Positions 38,438 to 46,078 of a stretch of DNA of 64,000 nt are shown piece after piece. The stretch's first letter is position 1. Every line of letters begins with the position of its first letter. The DNA is from Gemmatimonadales bacterium (GTDB lineage Bacteria; Gemmatimonadota; Gemmatimonadetes; Gemmatimonadales; GWC2-71-9), in NCBI GenBank assembly GCA_037189525.1, contig JBBCJC010000005.1, positions 384,001 through 448,000 of the forward strand, written 5' to 3'. The translations under genes were made by a program, and so were the position numbers. The notes below the pieces were generated by a model. It saw only the letters and a program-made list of their open reading frames with translations. It made no database searches and was not told the origin of the DNA.

Positions 38438-40348
38438 TCAGGGGGTGACGATCGTCCCCATCCGTACCACTTCGAAATCACTTCCGCGCAGCTGCTTCAG
38501 AGTATTCATCTGCGCATCGTTCCAGCGGGAGTCAGCGACGCCGCTGACATACCAGTCACTGCCGTTGTCGGCCACGATCATCCCGTACTTCTTGAGCGCC
38601 CGCAGCACCACCTGGGCGTGAGCCGGATACCCGGAGATATCGAAGCTCGCCTTGAGCCGAACCCGCATCCCCATCGGGGGCCGGTTGGTGGAGTTGTCGC
38701 TGCTGGCCCAGTGGCGAGCCGGATAGATATACGCCCGGCGGGTCCGGCTCACCGTGAACCGGAGCGCGTGGGTAATCTCCCCAGCCGCCACTTCGTCATA
38801 GCGAACCAGGCCCGGTAGAATCGGAAGCCCGGCCGCATCCGCCGAGGTCCAGCCCGCCGGCCGAAGCGCATTGGAGTTGAGATCGAAGATGGCGCCCGAC
38901 CCCGCCCGCCACGACCCATCGGGCTGCGGATAGGCAGCATACAACTCATAGAGCCGCCAGTTATCACGATCCACGACCAGCACGTGCCGATCGCCCGTCG
39001 ACGACGGTCCGCCTTCGATCGGCGCATTCGGCGGAATCGGATAGGGACCCGGATCGCTTTCGCTGCGATACTCGAATGACACCGGCACCCGCGCCTGAGT
39101 TCCCGAGACGACGATATAAGGAATCCCGAACGGACCACCGTTCCAGTTGGCGCCGAAATCGGGATGGAACCGCTTGGTCGGCCCGATTGCCGTGATGATG
39201 GCATCGGAGTTGGGATCCACCTGGGCCGTGTCGACCGGCTGGTTCCAGGGGTTATCCACAGGAAAAAGGCGGCGCCCTACCAGATCGGCATTAGGCCCCA
39301 GCCCAGCTGGCGGCGGGGGAGGCGGTGGTGGTGGCGGGGGTGGAGGAGGCGGCGGCGGTGGCGGCACCGGCGGGGCGACGAGGATCACCCTGCTGGTATC
39401 AGCAAACCCGGCCGTCGCGTGGCGAAACCAGATCAGATAGGCACCGGGAACGGACCCCGCCGTATATCGTCCGGCCGAAGACACCGATCCGCCGGTTGCT
39501 CCGAAGGTTCCGGATGCGCTGACGGTCGAACCGTCCGAGCGACGTGCCAGTACCGTGAACTGATGAGCCGCGCCGGGGTTCAGATTGACCGAGTCGGGGG
39601 AGAGTTCCACCGCGGTCAGGGTCGGTCCCGACGGCTCCGCCCGCACGACGACCACCGCGGTATCGGTGAACTCCTGCCCCGCCACGACCACCGAGGCCAT
39701 GATCCGGTAGGTCCCGATCGATGCGCCGGCCTGATACCGACCCGGCGTGCTGAAGGATCCCGCAATCGCGGACCACGCCGCCGTTGCCGTCATCGACAAC
39801 GGTGTCCCGCCCTCGTATTGAAGCCACGCCCCGAGCTCGAACACCCCTCGCGGCACCACCACGATCGAATCCGGCACGACCCAGAAGCGCTCGACGACCG
39901 GACCGGGCGGCGGGGGTGGCGGAGGCGGGGGCGGGGGCGGGGGCGGAGGTGGTGGAGAGGGCGGCGGTGGGGGCGGAGGCGGAGGAACCGGAGCAACGAT
40001 TTGAACCGAGGTCGATGCCGCGAGCGAAGTGCCGCGCAGAGCAGCGTCGACCCGGTAGTCGCCAGCCGTGGTCCCGGCCTGATACAATCCGGTGGCCGAG
40101 ATGACCCCGCCCTGAGCAGTGAAGACCACGTCCGTCTGCACGACTGTGTCTCCGAGCGCCCGGACGGCGCTGGCGGTGAACCGGAGCGTGTCCCCCGGTT
40201 CAAGCCGGGCCGATTCGGGCCTGATGACCAGCGACCTGAGCGCCAGGGGGTCGGGGCCAAGACCGTCCCGGCCGGGAGCGTCCTGACACGCCGAGACTAC
40301 GAGGAGTCCGGCGGACACGAGTACCCACTGCCAGTGCGATCGAGACAT
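38438..40348 (-). CDS. Lipoprotein with three Ig-like repeats, polyproline linkers and a conserved uncharacterised C-terminal domain
   Basis: Lipobox VSAC (ATG 40348); three P.S..L.PG...G.Y.AG...G.Y repeats; P9-S-P17 and P19 runs; FPVDNPWN...GDRH...WTSADAAGLP...ADNGS. Confidence 0.8.
   Translation of the reverse strand: MSRSHWQWVLVSAGLLVVSACQDAPGRDGLGPDPLALRSLVIRPESARLEPGDTLRFTASAVRALGDTVVQTDVVFTAQGGVISATGLYQAGTTAGDYRVDAALRGTSLAASTSVQIVAPVPPPPPPPPPSPPPPPPPPPPPPPPPPPGPVVERFWVVPDSIVVVPRGVFELGAWLQYEGGTPLSMTATAAWSAIAGSFSTPGRYQAGASIGTYRIMASVVVAGQEFTDTAVVVVRAEPSGPTLTAVELSPDSVNLNPGAAHQFTVLARRSDGSTVSASGTFGATGGSVSSAGRYTAGSVPGAYLIWFRHATAGFADTSRVILVAPPVPPPPPPPPPPPPPPPPPPPAGLGPNADLVGRRLFPVDNPWNQPVDTAQVDPNSDAIITAIGPTKRFHPDFGANWNGGPFGIPYIVVSGTQARVPVSFEYRSESDPGPYPIPPNAPIEGGPSSTGDRHVLVVDRDNWRLYELYAAYPQPDGSWRAGSGAIFDLNSNALRPAGWTSADAAGLPILPGLVRYDEVAAGEITHALRFTVSRTRRAYIYPARHWASSDNSTNRPPMGMRVRLKASFDISGYPAHAQVVLRALKKYGMIVADNGSDWYVSGVADSRWNDAQMNTLKQLRGSDFEVVRMGTIVTP
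39308..39364 (-). repeat. (CCN)19 polyproline tract
   Basis: 19 consecutive mixed Pro codons. Confidence 0.95.
39905..39985 (-). repeat. (CCN)9-TCT-(CCN)17 polyproline tract
   Basis: Mixed Pro codons interrupted by one Ser codon. Confidence 0.95.
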
Positions 40349-40530
40349 AGTACTTACCAATCTAGCAATCCACAGGAATACCAACAATCACAAAAACTTG
40401 ACAATGCAACTTATCAACATGAATATGTTGCTTTATAAACATATTTAAAGCAAGTACTTACGATAGAAACCGTCGTGATGATCTCGGAGATTTGCCGTAT
40501 ATAATTTTGACTCTGTTGATAACGACTTGT
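40349..40530. promoter_or_regulatory. AT-rich intergenic element with inverted repeats
   Basis: 37 G+C in 120 nt (40351-40470); TTGCTTTA/TAAAGCAA and CAACAT/ATGTTG inverted repeats; TTATCAACA on both strands; TTGACA at 40398 and TATAAT at 40500. Confidence 0.6.
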
Positions 40531-40708
40531 CTCGGAAACCATCCCGGATGTCGAAAGCTCGGCAGTTCAAAGGTCCCGCTCGACTCGTTTATCGACGTCT
40601 CGCGGGATTCCTCACGCACTTCCCCGTCGCCACAGCCGGTCAACACCAATCGAATTGGCGGGTTGCGTAAGCAGCCCTTCATCTCCACTTTTCCGCCCTC
40701 GTTGTTCT

Positions 40709-40799
40709 GGAGCGGTGGCCGAGAGGCTGAAGGCGGCGGTTTGCTAAACCGTTATAGGGTTGAAAAGCCCTATCGAGGGTTCGAATCCCTCCCGCTCCG
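40709..40799 (+). tRNA. tRNA-Ser(GCT); CCA not encoded
   Basis: GGAGCGG/CCGCTCC acceptor stem, GCGGT-TT-GCT-AA-ACCGT, long variable arm, GTTCGAAT, G73. Confidence 0.96.
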
Positions 40800-40903
40800 T
40801 TGGTAAATCCCCTGCTGTTTCGTGCGTCGAGCGTGCCGACCGATCGGCCGCTCGACGTTGCGCTTCGGCTCACTCGAGTACCCAGCTGACCCAACCTGCC
40901 GGT

Positions 40904-42346
40904 ATGTCTGCCCCAACCGCCCAGCGCCCCCGGCTTCGGTTCGCCCCCTCCCCTACCGGATACCTCCATGTCGGCGGCGCGCGCACCGCGCTGTTCAACT
41001 GGCTCTTTGCCCGGAAGACAGGGGGAACCCTGATCCTGCGTGTCGAAGACACGGATCAGGCGCGAAGCACCGAGGCCCACACTCAGGTCATCCTCGACGG
41101 GCTTCGATGGCTCGGAATCGGCTGGGACGAGGGCCCGTACTTCCAGGGCGCGGAAATCGAGCGGCATCGACGGGATGCCGAGCAGATCCTGGCGACCGGA
41201 CAGGGCTATCGGTGCTTTTGCACTCGGGAGGAGCTGGAGGCGCAGCGCGCCGCGGCGCCCGGTGGTCCCGAGACGTTCAAGTATGACCGCCGGTGCCGAT
41301 ACCTGGCCCCGGAGGAGGTCGCGCGACGGGTCGAGGCGGGTATGCCGTTCGTGATCCGTTTCGCCATGCCGGATGAGGAGATTGCCTGGGATGACGCGGT
41401 ACATGGTCGGATCGTCTTTCATGGACGAGACCTGGACGATATGGTCGTGCTCCGGAGTAACCGGACCCCGATCTACAATCTGGCCGTGGTCTCCGACGAC
41501 ATCGCCATGGAGATCACCCACGTGATCCGGGGTGACGACCACATCTCCAATACGCCGAAGCAGATCGCGCTCTACCGCGCCCTGGGGAAAACACCACCGG
41601 TCTTTGCCCACGTCCCCGTAATCCTCGACACCGACGGCAAGAAGCTGTCGAAGCGCCGGGGCGCCGTCGCCGTTGGCGACTATCAGGAAAAGGGGATCTA
41701 TCCGGCCGCGATGCGGAACTTCCTGGCGCTGCTCGGCTGGTCGCCGGGCGACGACCGCGAGCTGATGAGCGATCAGGAGATGGCGGCCGCGTTCACGCTG
41801 GAAGCGATCCAGAAGAAGCCGGCCGTATTCGACCTGACCAAGCTGGAGTGGATGAACGGCCAGTATCTTTCATCCCTTCCGGCCGCGACCTTCGAGCCCG
41901 AGGTCCGGCGGTTCCTGGAGGAGCGCGGCATCGACCCCGGCGCCCGCGACTTGGGCCCGATCATCGATGCTGTAAAAACCCGGGCCCGAACCGTCGTCGA
42001 TATGGCGGGGCGCGTTGCTCTCAGACTGGATCCGAGTCGCGCTGCGCTCGAGTCCCGAGGTGAGGCGCTGATCCAGAAACTCGGGGCCGCCTATCCGTTG
42101 CGCCTCGAGTGGGCCTTCGATGCGCTGAATGCGGTCCCGGACACGGCCTGGCACGCCGATCGCCTGCTTGAAGTCCTGACGGCGGCGGCCACCGAGCATG
42201 GGGTCAAGCTCGGCGATATCATGCAACCAATCCGGGTCGCGCTGACCGGAGACACGGTGTCCGAGCCGGCCAACGAACTGCTGGCCGTGGTGGGCCGGTC
42301 GGCAACCCTCGCTTCGCTTACTCGGGCGCGTCAGGCGCGCTCTTAA
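40904..42346 (+). CDS. gltX: Glutamate--tRNA ligase
   Basis: RFAPSPTGYLHVGG, LRVEDTD, HVIRGDDH, KLSKR; ATG 40904. Confidence 0.97.
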   Translation: MSAPTAQRPRLRFAPSPTGYLHVGGARTALFNWLFARKTGGTLILRVEDTDQARSTEAHTQVILDGLRWLGIGWDEGPYFQGAEIERHRRDAEQILATGQGYRCFCTREELEAQRAAAPGGPETFKYDRRCRYLAPEEVARRVEAGMPFVIRFAMPDEEIAWDDAVHGRIVFHGRDLDDMVVLRSNRTPIYNLAVVSDDIAMEITHVIRGDDHISNTPKQIALYRALGKTPPVFAHVPVILDTDGKKLSKRRGAVAVGDYQEKGIYPAAMRNFLALLGWSPGDDRELMSDQEMAAAFTLEAIQKKPAVFDLTKLEWMNGQYLSSLPAATFEPEVRRFLEERGIDPGARDLGPIIDAVKTRARTVVDMAGRVALRLDPSRAALESRGEALIQKLGAAYPLRLEWAFDALNAVPDTAWHADRLLEVLTAAATEHGVKLGDIMQPIRVALTGDTVSEPANELLAVVGRSATLASLTRARQARS

Positions 42347-42366
42347 CGCAGTTGGAGATGAGACAT

Positions 42367-42780
42367 ATGCGGACTCTGCTTCTGGTCGGCTCGATGCTCC
42401 TCGCGGGATGCATCTTCGAAAACGATGATGACCGGCTCAACATCGGCGTCCAGTTTGAAATCGTCGACCCCGACCCGACCGTGGAAGCGCGCGTGATTCG
42501 CGGTCCCGGCGTGATCCAGGTCGATCACCGCTTCCAGACCGCGACGGAGTGCGCCAACTTCACGGCCAGCGCCAAGCAGAATGTCTCGGTCATCGAGGTG
42601 ACCATCGGGATCACGAGCGTGACCAACGAGACCTGTGCGAACGATATGAAGGAGTGGAGTTACAGCGCAGTGATTACCGGATACAAGGGAACCGTGAGTC
42701 GGGTTGGCGTTACCCGCACCGGCGGGCTCAACCCGGGGCGGGTCGAGTACGCCATCCCCGACGAGGTTACCGTGGAGTAG
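42367..42780 (+). CDS. Hypothetical lipoprotein (beta-rich, one Cys pair)
   Basis: MRTLLLVGSMLLAG-C lipobox; upstream GGAG. Confidence 0.7.
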   Translation: MRTLLLVGSMLLAGCIFENDDDRLNIGVQFEIVDPDPTVEARVIRGPGVIQVDHRFQTATECANFTASAKQNVSVIEVTIGITSVTNETCANDMKEWSYSAVITGYKGTVSRVGVTRTGGLNPGRVEYAIPDEVTVE

Positions 42781-42830
42781 CCCTCGCTACGCGACCACCG
42801 GCGCCCGCAACCGGCGCCTGTGGTCACCCG

Positions 42831-43268
42831 CTACATCAGGGTCGTCGGCCGAGTCCGCCAGACCCGATCGAGCAGCACCTCGAGAAAGCCCTCGGAAAGA
42901 AACGCATCGGCCGCCCGGCTGGTCGCCGAAGCATCCGCTCCCCACAGCGCCACCCGCCTGGTCTCATCCAGCTCAGCTTGCACGAAGCAGCGATCGTCGT
43001 GCTGCCAGAGCGTCGGTAATTCGCGCACGAACCGCTGCGCCAGGACATTGGCGCCCGGTCCGCCGATCACGATGGTCGGGTGCCGATGGAGTTCGGGCCG
43101 ATCGAGAAACTCGATGTCGCCCACGATGATCGCCCGGCGATAGACCTGACCATCTGCGCGGCTGTCGATCTCGCGGCAGAGCGTCGCGGCCACGGTCCGG
43201 TCGCCCCCGCTATCGGTGGCTTCACCGATCACGATGAGGATCGTCTCCTCCCGGTCCACCAGTTTCAT
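42831..43268 (-). CDS. Hypothetical alpha/beta protein with IVIGGPGAN motif
   Basis: 145 aa ORF with ATGA coupling to the upstream gene and protein-like composition. Confidence 0.7.
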   Translation of the reverse strand: MKLVDREETILIVIGEATDSGGDRTVAATLCREIDSRADGQVYRRAIIVGDIEFLDRPELHRHPTIVIGGPGANVLAQRFVRELPTLWQHDDRCFVQAELDETRRVALWGADASATSRAADAFLSEGFLEVLLDRVWRTRPTTLM

Positions 43269-44188
43269 GGCGTCCGTCCTGACGTATCCGCAGGCGGGAG
43301 CGGCGGGGTCCGCTGATTGCGGGCAAACTCGCGCTGCCGTTCCCGCTCCTGTCGCAACTGCTGGATGGCCCGTTTGAAATCTTCCATCGTCTGCGCCCGC
43401 CGTGCCGCCCGCTGCACGTCCTCGCGCATCTGCTGGAGGGACCGGAAGCGGGTGTAGTCAGACATCTCCGCGCTGGACCCGGATGGCATGGCGCCGAGCG
43501 CGTTCAGAATCCCAGCGACCAGGGTCGTGGGCACCTTGATTGGACCAAGATAGATCCATTGGGCGTCCAGGCCGAGTTGCTGCTGACCGACCTGGGTCGA
43601 CCAGCGGGGCAGCGGCTCGTTGGCCGGTGCCACCGAGAGAACCGAATCGATGTACGCCTGGACGATGGCGGTCACGGCGCTGTCGACCAGCTCCGCATGC
43701 GATCGCACCACCGCGCGGGCCAGATCCTGGGGCGGCAGCGGGAGCGGCCGGACCCACAGGTTGCCATCGCCGGCGGCCGGGGCGATCCGCAGCTGCCCGG
43801 GACGCTGGACCGGCCCGGGAGGCAATCGCGGCCCCTCTCGCTCGGGCGCGGGCGGCGCCGGCTCCGGAGCGGGCAGCGACGGCTCCGTTACCGGGGGAGG
43901 ACCGGTCTCTTCGCGAGGCAGGGCGGAAATGCCGCTCGTCGGAGTCCGCGGTGGCGTCCCACCGGCGGACGGCTCCAGATAGATCATCTGCACCGCGCGC
44001 GGCCCCTCGGTCCCCAGCGGCACCAGGATGATCTGGTCGCGTGACGGCAGGTTGGGCGCCCAATCGGGGATCCGGAACAGGAATAGCGTCACGTGAATTC
44101 CCAGGCTGACCGCGAGGGCCACCCAGGAAATCCGCCGCCGGCGCGGCAGAAACAGCTCACGCCGTGGCGGCGGTGCTCCCGACTCCAC
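43265..44188 (-). CDS. Pro-rich membrane-anchored protein with TonB/TolA-like N-terminus
   Basis: RRRR then TM with S-x3-H (VSLGIH); Pro-rich spacer; C-terminal charged helix; start uncertain (GTG 44188 or TTG 44227). Confidence 0.65.
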   Translation of the reverse strand: MESGAPPPRRELFLPRRRRISWVALAVSLGIHVTLFLFRIPDWAPNLPSRDQIILVPLGTEGPRAVQMIYLEPSAGGTPPRTPTSGISALPREETGPPPVTEPSLPAPEPAPPAPEREGPRLPPGPVQRPGQLRIAPAAGDGNLWVRPLPLPPQDLARAVVRSHAELVDSAVTAIVQAYIDSVLSVAPANEPLPRWSTQVGQQQLGLDAQWIYLGPIKVPTTLVAGILNALGAMPSGSSAEMSDYTRFRSLQQMREDVQRAARRAQTMEDFKRAIQQLRQERERQREFARNQRTPPLPPADTSGRTP

Positions 44189-45353
44189 GCCCTGCTGCCA
44201 ATCCCAGTCGTGCAATTGCCTCGGCAAGCCGAGCCGGTCCGACCGTCAACGCAATCCGGAAATAGCCTTCGCCGGCCGGACCGAAGGCCCGACCCGGCAA
44301 GGTGACGACCCCCTGCTCTTCGAGCGCCGCCCGACTCCAGGCGCTCGAGTCGGTCCCTTCCGGAAGCCGAACCCACAGATACATCGCCGCCTGCGGGCGA
44401 TCGACCGCGAAGCCCTGCGCACGAAGCGCCTCGACTCCGGCATCGCGCCGCGCCGCCAGCTCCGCACGGATCGGCTCGACGAATTCTTCGGCCCGGTCGA
44501 GCGCTACCACGCCGGCTCGCTGGACCGCCAAGAACGGCCCCGTGTCGGTGTAACTCTTGACCCGGGTCAGCGCCCCGATCAGCTCGCGATTGCCCACCGC
44601 AAAGCCGATCCGCCACCCCGTCATCGAAAAACTCTTGGAAAGCGAGAAGAACTCGACCGCAATCTCGCGCGCGCCGGGCACATCGAAGATGCTGGGCGCC
44701 CGATAGCCGTCGAAGGTCAAATCGCAGTAGGCGTTGTCGTAGGCCAGGACGATTCCCCGCGACCGGCAGATGGCGACGGTCCGCGCCAGATACTCCATCG
44801 GCGCCACGGCCGCCGTCGGATTGTTCGGATAGTTGAGGTAGACGAGACGGGTCCGGTCCAGAACCTCCGCCGGTACTGCGTCCAGATCGAGCAGGAAGCC
44901 GTTCCCCGCCGTCAGCCCGACCACGAACGGCTCGGCGCCGGTCAGGATGGCCCCGCCGACATAGGCCTGGTATCCCGGCTCCGGCAGGATCACGACATCG
45001 CCGGGGTTGACCAGCGCAAACGGCAGGTGGGCAAGACCTTCCTTCGATCCGATCAGCGGCAGCAGCTCCGCATGCAGATCGAACCGATGCCCGAAGCGCC
45101 GCTCGACGTAGTCGGACGCCGCGCGCCGGTACTCGGCATGCCCCTGCTGAAAGCCGTACTTGCTCATGGCCGGATCGCGGATGGCTTCGATCATCGCCTC
45201 ACGCACCGGCAGCGGTGGCGGTGCGTCGTTGTCGCCGGCGCCCAGATCGATGACATCCACGCCGGCTTCGATCAACCGCCGCTTGATGGCCGGTACTTCG
45301 GCCAGCGGATAGCCCGGCAAGCGCGCCAGCCGGTCGCTCAGGCGAAGGCTCAT
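44157..45353 (-). CDS. Class I/II PLP aminotransferase, LL-diaminopimelate aminotransferase-like
   Basis: VIDLGAGD, LIGSKEG, NYPNNPT, DNAY, SLSKSFSMTGWRIG; ATG 45353. Confidence 0.85.
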   Translation of the reverse strand: MSLRLSDRLARLPGYPLAEVPAIKRRLIEAGVDVIDLGAGDNDAPPPLPVREAMIEAIRDPAMSKYGFQQGHAEYRRAASDYVERRFGHRFDLHAELLPLIGSKEGLAHLPFALVNPGDVVILPEPGYQAYVGGAILTGAEPFVVGLTAGNGFLLDLDAVPAEVLDRTRLVYLNYPNNPTAAVAPMEYLARTVAICRSRGIVLAYDNAYCDLTFDGYRAPSIFDVPGAREIAVEFFSLSKSFSMTGWRIGFAVGNRELIGALTRVKSYTDTGPFLAVQRAGVVALDRAEEFVEPIRAELAARRDAGVEALRAQGFAVDRPQAAMYLWVRLPEGTDSSAWSRAALEEQGVVTLPGRAFGPAGEGYFRIALTVGPARLAEAIARLGLAAGRGVGSTAATA

Positions 45354-45964
45354 TCGGCCACCACCGGGTTCCGGAGCAAGCCGACGCCCGGAATCTCGAC
45401 CTCCACGACGTCGCCGGGCGACAACGGCCCGACGCCCGCGGGCGTGCCGGTCGACACGATATCGCCCGGCTCCAGCGTCATGATGTGGCTGATCAGCGAG
45501 AGGACGAAGGGCACTCCGAAGTGCATCCCGCCGGTGTGCCCCTGCTGCCTGACCTGGCCGTTGACTCGGCAGATGATGTCGAGATTGCGCCAATCGACGT
45601 CGGCCACCACCTCACTGCTGATCGGGCAGAAGGTATCGTGCCCCTTGGCCCGCACCCACTGCGATTCCCGCTTCTGCCAGTCCCGTGAGGTCACGTCGTT
45701 GAGACACACGTAGCCCCGAACCCCCTGCATGGCCTCCGCCTCGGAGGCGCGCCGGAGCCGGGATCCGATCACCACGGCCAGCTCGGCCTCGTGCTCGACG
45801 TGCGTTGCAATCTTGGGAAGGACGATGGCCTCACCCGGCCCGATCAGCGAACTGGGCGGTTTGAGGAAGAGGAGCGGCTCGGCCGGAATCTCGCCACCCA
45901 TCTCTTTGGCATGCTCGAAATAGTTCTTGCCGACGCAGACGATCTTGGAGGGTGTGTGGTTCAC
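45350..45964 (-). CDS. Fumarylacetoacetate hydrolase family protein
   Basis: KIVCVGKNY..H, FLKPPSS, EHEAEL, NDVTSRD, KGHDTF, TGTPAGVG. Confidence 0.92.
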   Translation of the reverse strand: MNHTPSKIVCVGKNYFEHAKEMGGEIPAEPLLFLKPPSSLIGPGEAIVLPKIATHVEHEAELAVVIGSRLRRASEAEAMQGVRGYVCLNDVTSRDWQKRESQWVRAKGHDTFCPISSEVVADVDWRNLDIICRVNGQVRQQGHTGGMHFGVPFVLSLISHIMTLEPGDIVSTGTPAGVGPLSPGDVVEVEIPGVGLLRNPVVAE

Positions 45965-46078
45965 TCGCGCGCTCAGGGAGGGTGAAAAGTCGGGGCAGAA
46001 CCGGGGAAACCGGAGTGCCAGGCCCATCTTAAGGATAATGCGTGCCGGGCCCGGATGGTCGCGATCCTCCCCCCTCGA

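Noticed and set aside
39252..39260. Perfect DnaA box TTATCCACA
   Set aside because: Single copy inside a CDS (encodes part of PVDN); not clustered with other boxes
39308..39985. (GGN)n tracts as phase-variable microsatellites
   Set aside because: Third codon positions vary and the frame is preserved; explained by polyproline coding
33703..40799. Genomic island between the two tRNA-Ser genes
   Set aside because: No integrase and no convincing duplicated tRNA 3' end; contains core-like nagB; the second tRNA faces the region with its 5' end
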